Source: a bacterium
GTDB taxonomy: Bacteria > Muiribacteriota > UBA6191
NCBI GenBank assembly: GCA_036339875.1
Contig: JAYZAC010000056.1
Coordinates: forward strand, 1 to 12,484
Reading direction: 5' to 3'
Length of the DNA stretch: 12,484 nt
Below the pieces are notes generated by a model. That model saw nothing but the letters and a program-made list of their open reading frames with translations, ran no database searches and had not been told where the DNA came from. The position numbers and the translations under genes are program-made. Shown in pieces: positions 1 to 7,267 of the stretch (within the stretch, counting starts at the first letter, position 1; every line of letters starts with the position of its first letter).

Positions 1-644
1 ACCATGGAGCAAGAAGTATGAAGTCCGAGTTCGTGAGCAGCACCCATTATTTCTAACCAACGAACACCACTAATTTTCTTGGGGCTTACTTTAGATCTAA
101 TTTCGTCATCCAAAAGTTCAGCACCCCCACCCGGCAGCCCTCGTAAACCGGCATCGCGAAGCTCCTCGAGAATTTCAAACGCGTTTCTACCTTCTACGAG
201 GCATAGGTTGTCGATTTCTGAAGGAGAAAAGCAATCTAATTCAATTTCAGGGTGTGTCGCACGAAGCCACTTAAGTAAGTCTGTGTACCATGTCAATGGT
301 AAATCCGGATGATGTCCACCTTGCATGAGAATTCGTGTACCGCCAATTTCCTTGGTTTCGATAATTTTTTGGTTTAGTTCTTCCCGAGAAAGAATGTAGG
401 CCTCTTCATGACCAGGAGGTCTGTAAAAGTTACAGAATTTACAGTTGGTTGTACACACATTAGTATAATTTATGTTGCGATCGACCAGGTAAGTAACGAT
501 TTCTGGGTCAGCTTTTTGGGTGCGGATTTGATTTGCAGTTACACCCAGTTGAGCTAATGATGCATTTTGATATAAATAAACACCTTCTTCAAAATTTATT
601 CGCTCACCATTTTCAGCTTTCTTTAATATTGAGTCGACCTTCAC
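1..644 (-). CDS. mqnC: Cyclic dehypoxanthine futalosine synthase (radical SAM), 3'-truncated by window edge
   Basis: Not in the ORF track. Hand translation from GTG at 644 (SD GGAGG at 651-655 on the minus strand): MKVDSILKKAENGERINFEEG...VTYLVDRNINYTNVCTTNCKFCNFYR...GGTRILMQGGHHPDL...FSPSEI...GLPGGGAELLDDEIR...SPKK, open to position 1. It has the CxxxCxxC radical SAM motif. The DRNINYTN, ILMQGGHHP and LPGGGAE motifs fit the MqnC/MqnE/CofH family, best MqnC. Confidence 0.88.
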   Translation of the reverse strand, partial: MKVDSILKKAENGERINFEEGVYLYQNASLAQLGVTANQIRTQKADPEIVTYLVDRNINYTNVCTTNCKFCNFYRPPGHEEAYILSREELNQKIIETKEIGGTRILMQGGHHPDLPLTWYTDLLKWLRATHPEIELDCFSPSEIDNLCLVEGRNAFEILEELRDAGLRGLPGGGAELLDDEIRSKVSPKKISGVRWLEIMGAAHELGLHTSCSM

Positions 645-707
645 GTTACACCTCCAAGAGTCCGTAAAATAACATAGAACTCTAATGTTTAATATAGATG
701 GAGCAAT

Positions 708-2681
708 TCAGTAGTTTACTCTGTAAGCTTTAATTGTTTCTTTTTTACCTTTCACTTGAAACGGCTTGAGGGGGTCAAACTCAAACTCATTGGCACAATA
801 CTCTTTCGTTTTCTCATCAACAATAATTTCAAAAGCCTCGGCTTTACTTTGTAAGCGAGCAGCCAAATTTATTTTGTCACCAATTGCTGTATAGTCTTTG
901 TGTCTTCTGGCACCAATATTGCCAACAACGGAAAAACCAGTTGAGATTCCTATCCCTACAAGTAGGTTTTTAAGTCTCTGATCAGAGCTCGATTTAATCG
1001 TTTCCTGCATTTCAATGGCAGTTTTCACTGATAGAATAGCCTGCGCCTTCGGACTAATATCTTTACGAACTGGAGCTCCATACAGAACCATAATAGCGTC
1101 ACCAATAAATTTATTAATTGTTCCATTATGCTTGGTTATTATGGCCACCATTAATTCAAAGTAGGTATTCAAAATTTCAACTACTTCTGCGGCACTTTTA
1201 CTTTCAGAGAGCGAAGTAAATCCTCGAATATCTGTAAACAAGGTACTGATTTCCAGATTATTGCCCCCCATAGATAGATTATCAGGATTAAGTAGTAATT
1301 CATCTACCACTTGATTACTCACATATTGGTTGAATACTTTACGTATATTATTTCTTTCTAACTCTCTGTAGATGACTCTAATTGTTATTATTAGCAGGTA
1401 GCAAGCAAGAAGGCTAAGAAATGGTTGGATCACGGGGAATAGAATTGATAACTCTTGAAAAAATAATAAATTTACAAGTATCCAACCTATTATCAGTTCT
1501 ACGATCAAAATTGGTAGCGAGAGACTAACCCTCAACCAAGCCGTTGAGAAGGTTAGAATGTAGGCAAATATGAGATAGACTAAAATTTGTATACTGAAGT
1601 TTGCTTTACGTAGGGTTCCGTAATTTTGATCAGAAATTGTATTTAGAGCATTGGCATGAATCTCTACTCCAGGTGTTTGAATTCGGTTAACAGAATAAAA
1701 TGGAGTTGTATAGGAGTCTTGCAAGCCTGGGTGATTGAGACCTACCAATACAGTTTTTCCCCATAATTTTGACTGAAGTTCTGATTGCTTATTTTCTATG
1801 AAAAGATCAGTAAAGCTGACAGTTGTAAAAGTACTTGCTGGACCTGTCCAATTTATTAGTAATCTGGATTGATTACTATCAATATAGCTTAAATCTATAC
1901 CCTTACTTAATCTCTTATCACGACTGTCTGGAATGATTAATTTGTTATTCGAGATATTTGCTTCTTTTATCAAAAAGTTTGCATGAATTGGTCTTTTGGA
2001 CCAACAGGCCAGTGCGAAAGAAAAAATTGGTCGATTATTTTTTGGATCATTAATAATTAATGGAATGCTTCGAAGTATTCCGTCCGTATCTGTATCAACG
2101 TTTATAAACCCTGTATCGGATGCGAATTGCATAAACTGCTTCAACGGTAATTTGTGTTTTCTTAAACCACCTGTGATGTCATGTTCAATCATAGAAGCTA
2201 AGACGACTTTTCCCGAATCTTTTATAGCTTCCGCAAGAAGTTGATCCTCTTCGACGCTTTTTGGATGCAGAAATAGTAGATCCAATCCAATCACAGCGGG
2301 CGAAAAACTATCAATACGATTAATAGCCAAGGCCATAACACGCCTATCAAAGGGCCATTGCCTGGTATTCCAATTTTTATACTCGGTATCTTGAAAAAAC
2401 TTTGTTTTACCCAGAGACTCAATTGTCTTTTCATCGATGATAATTAAAACAATAGACTCTAGTGGATTACTGAGTGTCTGGTCTATCAGTAGCGGCTCAG
2501 ATTCTAGTGATGCTAGTTTAGGTTCATGTTTAGAAATAAACATTCGATCTAAAAAAATATTTTCGAATCGATTCATGGTTTCTTGAAATAAAAGATTTGA
2601 AGCCATGAATAGGCTTTGAACTAAGAGATAAGTCAATAAAGGTATGGCAATACAGAGAAAGTTAAGGGATTGTTTTTTCAT
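708..2681 (-). CDS. CHASE2-domain membrane sensor / class III adenylate cyclase
   Basis: N-terminal TM helix. CHASE2 motifs (IVLIIIDEKTI, QWPFDR, VIGLDLLF, DTDGILRSIPL, PGVEIHANAL). Three further hydrophobic helices, then the cyclase core TDIRGFT, NKFIGDAIM, GNIG..KDYTAIGDKINLAARLQ, VKGK. The Lys in NKFIGD and Asp in KDYT occupy the ATP-specifying positions. Confidence 0.93.
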   Translation of the reverse strand: MKKQSLNFLCIAIPLLTYLLVQSLFMASNLLFQETMNRFENIFLDRMFISKHEPKLASLESEPLLIDQTLSNPLESIVLIIIDEKTIESLGKTKFFQDTEYKNWNTRQWPFDRRVMALAINRIDSFSPAVIGLDLLFLHPKSVEEDQLLAEAIKDSGKVVLASMIEHDITGGLRKHKLPLKQFMQFASDTGFINVDTDTDGILRSIPLIINDPKNNRPIFSFALACWSKRPIHANFLIKEANISNNKLIIPDSRDKRLSKGIDLSYIDSNQSRLLINWTGPASTFTTVSFTDLFIENKQSELQSKLWGKTVLVGLNHPGLQDSYTTPFYSVNRIQTPGVEIHANALNTISDQNYGTLRKANFSIQILVYLIFAYILTFSTAWLRVSLSLPILIVELIIGWILVNLLFFQELSILFPVIQPFLSLLACYLLIITIRVIYRELERNNIRKVFNQYVSNQVVDELLLNPDNLSMGGNNLEISTLFTDIRGFTSLSESKSAAEVVEILNTYFELMVAIITKHNGTINKFIGDAIMVLYGAPVRKDISPKAQAILSVKTAIEMQETIKSSSDQRLKNLLVGIGISTGFSVVGNIGARRHKDYTAIGDKINLAARLQSKAEAFEIIVDEKTKEYCANEFEFDPLKPFQVKGKKETIKAYRVNY

Positions 2682-2697
2682 TTGTCTACGGACAGTG

Positions 2698-2706
2698 ATT
2701 ATAGCA
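2698..2706 (-). promoter_or_regulatory. Extended -10 promoter (TGcTATAAT) for the cyclase gene
   Basis: Minus strand reads tctcTGcTATAATcactgtccgtagacaaATG: a perfect TGnTATAAT ending 16 nt before the cyclase ATG at 2681. Confidence 0.6.
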
Positions 2707-2778
2707 GAGAGGGTTGGCTAGAATAGATTTTTAAGATGATCTATACTTGCAGCACTGTTTATCGAATGACAGGAATCT

Positions 2779-2883
2779 ATGATTTCCGATTTTACAGAAT
2801 TATCAGCTACTCAAACTCGTAAGATAGGCTTAATTATGATCCTCGTGGGAGTTTTGGATTTTATAAACTTATTCATGGACTGA
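2779..2883 (+). CDS. Putative 34-aa small membrane protein
   Basis: AGGA at 2771-2774, ATG at 2779, MISDFTELSATQTRKIGLIMILVGVLDFINLFMD, TGA at 2881-2883. RK is followed by a hydrophobic run. Below the ORF-track size cutoff. Confidence 0.35.
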   Translation: MISDFTELSATQTRKIGLIMILVGVLDFINLFMD

Positions 2884-2906
2884 AATTACATGTATTAAAG
2901 ACTCTT

Positions 2907-3128
2907 ATGATACTTGAGTACTGTGGTGGTAAAATTAGCCCAGAAGAATTGGTGGGATCTCTGGGTAGTCTCAGAGAATTTAATGCGGAAGAATTCTTAA
3001 ACGTATTGGATAGTGAAGATTGGGTCCGAAGGGCAAATCATAATTTACTACATGTAGAAACTAAAGAGCATGATGATGAGTTGATTGATAGGCAATCGTT
3101 TCTTTTGCTAGATGGTGGAAAGCAATAA
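2907..3128 (+). CDS. Hypothetical acidic 73-aa protein (start uncertain)
   Basis: ORF track. It fills the gap co-oriented with the downstream hydrolases, has protein-like composition and ends LLLDGGKQ. There is no SD before ATG 2907, and the frame is open upstream to TAA at 2820-2822. Confidence 0.5.
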   Translation: MILEYCGGKISPEELVGSLGSLREFNAEEFLNVLDSEDWVRRANHNLLHVETKEHDDELIDRQSFLLLDGGKQ

Positions 3129-3167
3129 CCTTAAAATAGGAGCCATCATTGAAAAGGGAGTAGCACT

Positions 3168-3797
3168 ATGTTTATTCAAAGTTTTCCAGTGGGTTGCTTG
3201 GCGTGTAATTGTACAATTCTAGCCTGTGAGACTTCGGGAGAATGCATAATCATTGATCCAGGTGATGAGAAAGAAAGGCTCATAAAAATTGTTAATGACA
3301 ACGGATTCAAGGTCAAGTATTTACTTCATACTCATGCTCATTTCGATCATATCGGTGCTGCGGGCCCACTTAAAAGAGAAGGTTTTGGTAAAATATTGCT
3401 GCATAAAGGTGATGATTTTCTCTACGAAGCTTTAGAAGACCAAGGTCGTTTATTTGGAGTCGAATTACCCGAGAAAGATGAGGTTGACGAGAATATTCAG
3501 CATAAAGATGAACTAGAATTCGGTAATCATCAATTAAAAATTATTCATACTCCTGGTCATACACCAGGCAGTTGTAGTTTCTATCTTAAGGAGAAAAAGG
3601 TTCTATTTACAGGGGATACCTTATTTAAGGGAAGTATAGGTAGAACCGATTTACCGGGCGGCGATTTTCAGCAAATACTTGAAAGTATTCGAGGTCGAAT
3701 ACTGAACCTGCCTCAAGATATACAGATAATCCCAGGGCATGGACCTAAGACAGATCTTGTTGCTGAGGTAAAAACGAATCCTTTCCTGAAGGTTTGA
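3168..3797 (+). CDS. MBL-fold metallo-hydrolase (glyoxalase II-like, YcbL/GloC-type)
   Basis: IIDPG, THAHFDH metal-binding motif, HTPGHTPGS, LFTGDTLF, GRTDLPGGD, PGHGP. SD AAGGGAG at about 3154-3160. Confidence 0.92.
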   Translation: MFIQSFPVGCLACNCTILACETSGECIIIDPGDEKERLIKIVNDNGFKVKYLLHTHAHFDHIGAAGPLKREGFGKILLHKGDDFLYEALEDQGRLFGVELPEKDEVDENIQHKDELEFGNHQLKIIHTPGHTPGSCSFYLKEKKVLFTGDTLFKGSIGRTDLPGGDFQQILESIRGRILNLPQDIQIIPGHGPKTDLVAEVKTNPFLKV

Positions 3798-3798
3798 T

Positions 3799-4419
3799 TT
3801 GGCAAAACTGAAGATCGACTATCTACTGTTTGATCTGGGCAATGTCTTTCTTTATTGGAATAAAAATCTTTTCTTAAAGCATTTTATTAAAGGTTTGCCA
3901 GACAAAAATCTACGTATTTTAGAATACTCTAATCCGTATTGGTTAGACTTGATTTCCTATGAATCAAAGCTTGAAAAAGGGCATTTAAATTGGATGCAGT
4001 TCTGTGAATCTGTTGAAATCAAGTATAAATGGAGAGGATGTCCAGATTCATTACTTAAGTCTTTTCAAGATATCTTTGAGCCAAATCAGAAATTAATCGA
4101 TTGGTTTTTAAGCACGGAGTTTGAGTGTCATACTATATTAATGAGTAATACCAACGTATACCATTGGAATTGGATATCTGAGAATTACGGATACTTACTA
4201 AGTAAGTTTGATCATCTACACCTATCTCAAAAGGTAGGATTTCGAAAACCTAGTAAGGAGTATTACCTGGGTTGTTTATACAAACTGGAGTGGAATAGGG
4301 CACTATTTATTGATGATCTGGCCGAAAATTTGGTTATTCCGAAGGAATTGGGCGCAGTTACCCATTGTTTTAGGGACAACAAGCTCCTGTGGCGTCACCT
4401 AAATAGGTGCACTTTTTAG
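3799..4419 (+). CDS. HAD-superfamily (subfamily IA) phosphatase, YihX-like
   Basis: Motif I FDLGNV, motif II MSNTN, motif III GFRKP, motif IV FIDD..EN. The TTG start lies 1 nt after the upstream TGA, consistent with translational coupling. Confidence 0.85.
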   Translation: MAKLKIDYLLFDLGNVFLYWNKNLFLKHFIKGLPDKNLRILEYSNPYWLDLISYESKLEKGHLNWMQFCESVEIKYKWRGCPDSLLKSFQDIFEPNQKLIDWFLSTEFECHTILMSNTNVYHWNWISENYGYLLSKFDHLHLSQKVGFRKPSKEYYLGCLYKLEWNRALFIDDLAENLVIPKELGAVTHCFRDNKLLWRHLNRCTF

Positions 4420-4440
4420 AGCAATTATTTAGTCCTACAA

Positions 4441-5412
4441 TTATTCAAGAAGGTTTTTAGCCTGTACTGGATTTTGATTCGTGAATAATTGATCAGCATC
4501 TTCAAGGTTCTTGATATCATTTTTCACATCATCCAGCGCATCAAATGCCGAATTTACTGATTGAAAGTCAGATTCAGAAGCTCGTAGATTTTCTTGGGCA
4601 TTGCTTAAGGTCAGAAACTTCCTAGTTTCATAGCTTAAATCGTTATTGACTGCATCAGTAACGGCCTCGAGCTTACGAGTTGTTTGCTCGAGTCTTTCAG
4701 AGAACAGTTCCGGATCAGAGATTGCAGACTCTAATCTACTTAAATCTCTATTAAATTCAGGAACTTCAATTCGGGACGATGATTCGTCTTTAATCTCTAA
4801 AGAAGATGTGGCAGGAATCGAATCTGCATCAGTTTCAAAATACAGTTGTACACCTTCAATTACTCCAGTGGCTGGACTAAGAGAAGTGGTGACAGTTTTT
4901 TGTGTACCCTCCTCATCCACGAGCTTGATCGTATACGATACTGCTTGAGGATGCTTGGTTTGACCGGTCAGAATCTCTACAGAATATGAACCGACTTTAG
5001 GTGGTCGACTAACTGTGATAGGCTCTATGCTATTGTTGTCTGAGCGATTAGCTTGTCCCTTAAATACCTCAGGATTTCGTCCAACAATCTCCTTGGCATT
5101 CTCTAATGTTTCCAAATCGGGGTTGCCCTCCAACTGGTTCAAAACTTGCTTGAACTCTTCTAATGTTCCAGCGGTCGTTTGTCTCTCAGAAATGGTTTCT
5201 TGCATCTCAACAGATTTACGATTAAGTGCTGAAACTTCAAATCGCAATTTTTCTTGAGCAGCCAAGGAATTTCCATTCTGACTAATTTTTGGCGAACTAG
5301 AATCTTCGTTGAGTAGGCTAGATGACTTAACTTCCGCAAAGCGAAGTTTGACCTGCTTGTTGTCACCGGGTCCCCGAGCACTGTACGGTAAGCTCGAAAT
5401 CTTTAGTGACAT
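4441..5412 (-). CDS. Divergent flagellin-like protein
   Basis: Starts MSLKI. The segment LAAQEKLRFEVSALNRKSVEMQETISERQTTAGTLEEFKQVLNQL aligns by eye to the flagellin N-terminal pattern LAISEKxRxQxxGLxQAxxNxQDGISxxQTAEGALxExxxILQRM. The C-terminus LSNAQENLRASES...KNDI...NQNPVQAKNLLE aligns to LxxxxENLxAAESRI...KxxI...ANQxPQxVLxLL. The middle is beta-rich and variable. Strong SD AAGGAGGT. Confidence 0.72.
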   Translation of the reverse strand: MSLKISSLPYSARGPGDNKQVKLRFAEVKSSSLLNEDSSSPKISQNGNSLAAQEKLRFEVSALNRKSVEMQETISERQTTAGTLEEFKQVLNQLEGNPDLETLENAKEIVGRNPEVFKGQANRSDNNSIEPITVSRPPKVGSYSVEILTGQTKHPQAVSYTIKLVDEEGTQKTVTTSLSPATGVIEGVQLYFETDADSIPATSSLEIKDESSSRIEVPEFNRDLSRLESAISDPELFSERLEQTTRKLEAVTDAVNNDLSYETRKFLTLSNAQENLRASESDFQSVNSAFDALDDVKNDIKNLEDADQLFTNQNPVQAKNLLE

Positions 5413-5435
5413 TACTCTACCTCCTTGTTGAGTAA
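5412..5435 (-). promoter_or_regulatory. CsrA/RsmA-type hairpin containing the Shine-Dalgarno of the flagellin-like gene
   Basis: mRNA 5'-UUACUC A AC [AAGGAG] GU A GAGUAA-3': 6-bp stem, one A.A mismatch, 2-bp stem and an ANGGAN hexaloop. ACAAGGAGGU matches the CsrA consensus core ACARGGAUGU at 9/10 positions. The last stem base is the A of AUG. Confidence 0.55.
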
Positions 5436-5470
5436 AATCTTTACATTAAATTATTTTTTTCCCTATTCTC

Positions 5471-5498
5471 ATTATAATACCGCATAGGTTCAAGTCAA
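5471..5498 (-). promoter_or_regulatory. Sigma70-type promoter for the flagellin-like gene
   Basis: Minus strand TTGACT (5498-5493), 16-nt spacer, TATAAT (5476-5471); 11/12 match to consensus. It ends 58 nt upstream of the ATG. Confidence 0.65.
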
Positions 5499-5593
5499 AC
5501 GATTTGAGACAACAAAGTACATCAAAAATACAAAAAGACCCTTTTTTTATTACAATTTGTCAGAGATTCACTATTTTTGTCGAAATTTAGTGT

Positions 5594-7114
5594 ATGTCTT
5601 ACCAATCTAAAATCATTCTTTGGCTACAAAACGATGCTTATTATCTGTTTAACTATGAGTTAAGCTGTAAATCCTTTACGTTGTTCAAGATTTACGGTAC
5701 GAACGAGAGTCCTCGTTGTGTGGCTAAAGATTTATCTCAAATTGGAGTAGAGCATGTAATAATGTACTTTTGTCATAAACCTGGTTACATCATTGATGGA
5801 AATCTTGACATGACAAAGTCAAAATTGGTCGAAGTACTTAGGTCTAAAGACATAATGATAGAGTATGAAGACCTCATAAGATGCCAAGCAACTACAACTT
5901 CAGTCTTCATCCAGACATTAGAATCAAATGTTCTTAATTTATGGCAAGATGCTATGGATGAATTTGACGTAAGTGTTGAAGGGATTGATTTTCCTGAACA
6001 AGCTTGCCTAAGTTTGCTACCCAAAAATTTGAAACATAGAGGTTGCATGCTCAGTATTGGCAATATTCAGGGTGAATCGAATATGCGGTGGGAGTTCGAT
6101 GCAAGTAAGTTCAAATTAGATCCGATACAGTGGGGGATCTCACTACAGCCGTCAAATTTATTACATTCTGCTTTACCCAACATAGTAAATCGACAATTAC
6201 TTGATAGCTTAGATTTTAAATTTATCAGTGAACATGTATGCCCGATCTATAGTCTAGAGGAAGCTTGGGAACTAAATTTTTATTCTGAAGATGTAAGTGA
6301 TGCACGTTGCGGATTACTTCGTGCGAGTTTTGAATCTCCTTTATCTGTAAAAGCTCTTCGATCATGGAGACAAACTTGCGTGCGTCTTGTCGCTAGTTTA
6401 GGTGTGCTATTCATTCTTATACAATTGGCTACTCCAAAATCTGATCAACAATATGCTGTGGTAGCGGATGAGCTAATTTCCAAGACTTCAAATGAATTAA
6501 ATGATCACTCTGAAAATATACCAAGTAATGATATCGTTCAAAAAAAGCTAAATTCGAATATAAAGGATTTATGGGCGGGAATCGATGAGCTTAAATCTAA
6601 TGCAAAGAGACTGGTTCAGAAATCTATTTTAATGGCCGAACAAGATAATATTTCGCAGCAGCTACCAGTAGTTATGCCCGTATTGAATTATTTAAAGAAA
6701 GCTGAAGCTGACTCTTGTGGTCAATTTCAATTGGGTTTACAAAAAATTGAAATTTGTAACGGACAATCTATTTTGGGTAAGAAATTAGTACTCCTCGACG
6801 GTCAAAAAAGTACCTGGATAGATAACAAAGAAAAAATCTTCCATATCAATCGAGTAGATAGAGTGCGGGAATTGAAAACGCGTATTTTACAAACGTCTAA
6901 TGATACCGAATACCTAGTTGAGCTAATAAGTGATAATTCCAAATCTTTGATAGTAGACTCTTGGGAGGGGCAACCATTAAAATCAAAGCGGGACGCCGAA
7001 ATAGTGGCTGAGGCGATCGCCGCAGGTATACTTTCGGGCGATCGATTGGATATTACACCAGCTCATAGTGAAGCGCGGGCAGGTTTAAGCTTATTGAATT
7101 CGTCTAAATTATGA
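5594..7114 (+). CDS. Hypothetical single-pass membrane protein, weak PilM/GspL-like N-terminal segment
   Basis: 506-aa ORF. One hydrophobic helix RLVASLGVLFILIQLA (about aa 264-279) is preceded by basic residues and followed by a polar linker and a coiled-coil-like stretch. No family confidently recognised. No SD. Confidence 0.75.
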   Translation: MSYQSKIILWLQNDAYYLFNYELSCKSFTLFKIYGTNESPRCVAKDLSQIGVEHVIMYFCHKPGYIIDGNLDMTKSKLVEVLRSKDIMIEYEDLIRCQATTTSVFIQTLESNVLNLWQDAMDEFDVSVEGIDFPEQACLSLLPKNLKHRGCMLSIGNIQGESNMRWEFDASKFKLDPIQWGISLQPSNLLHSALPNIVNRQLLDSLDFKFISEHVCPIYSLEEAWELNFYSEDVSDARCGLLRASFESPLSVKALRSWRQTCVRLVASLGVLFILIQLATPKSDQQYAVVADELISKTSNELNDHSENIPSNDIVQKKLNSNIKDLWAGIDELKSNAKRLVQKSILMAEQDNISQQLPVVMPVLNYLKKAEADSCGQFQLGLQKIEICNGQSILGKKLVLLDGQKSTWIDNKEKIFHINRVDRVRELKTRILQTSNDTEYLVELISDNSKSLIVDSWEGQPLKSKRDAEIVAEAIAAGILSGDRLDITPAHSEARAGLSLLNSSKL

Positions 7115-7124
7115 AGAGGAAATT

Positions 7125-7265
7125 ATGGAAAAAGCTTCTGCTGAATTACTGCTTGAATTTGGTACATTAGCAGTTCCGTATTCGAAACAAGAGAACCATG
7201 CAGATGATTCTAATGTTAAATTTGGGAAATCTGAAATACTCAAAATTTTAAGCCAAAAACATTAA
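7125..7265 (+). CDS. Unannotated 46-aa hypothetical protein
   Basis: SD GAGGA at 7116-7120, ATG at 7125, MEKASAELLLEFGTLAVPYSKQENHADDSNVKFGKSEILKILSQKH, TAA at 7263-7265. It almost fully fills the gap: 10 nt after the upstream stop and 2 nt before the dprA ATG. Confidence 0.65.
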   Translation: MEKASAELLLEFGTLAVPYSKQENHADDSNVKFGKSEILKILSQKH

Positions 7266-7267
7266 TT

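Noticed and set aside
79..312. 77-aa plus-strand ORF from the track
   Set aside because: Ser-rich antisense shadow of mqnC, which has clear family motifs on the minus strand.
1996..2244. 82-aa plus-strand ORF
   Set aside because: Antisense and fully inside the CHASE2 cyclase; no motif.
2820..2883. Stop-codon reassignment as an explanation for the broken small ORFs
   Set aside because: The interrupting codon is TAA. Reading through TGA 2881 hits TAA after four more sense codons, and TGA, TAG and TAA all end well-defined genes in this window.
4646..5381. ORFs 4646-4948 (+), 5015-5257 (+) and 5160-5381 (-)
   Set aside because: Antisense or out-of-frame shadows of the flagellin-like gene; no independent signals.
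4441..5412. Assigning gene symbol fliC or flgL
   Set aside because: Hallmark conserved motifs are missing, so orthology cannot be claimed from sequence inspection alone.
5532..5548. AAAAAG-acc-CTTTTT(TT) as an intrinsic terminator
   Set aside because: The stem is almost all A-T with a 3-nt loop and lies between divergent starts; too weak to call.
5785..6063. 92-aa minus-strand ORF
   Set aside because: Antisense shadow within the 506-aa gene.
6960..7045. Resemblance of KSKRDAEIVAEAIAAGIL to the SecD P1-head terminal helix (EEAxxLAxxLxAGALP)
   Set aside because: A single short amphipathic helix; the rest of the SecD/SecF pattern and its TM helices are absent.
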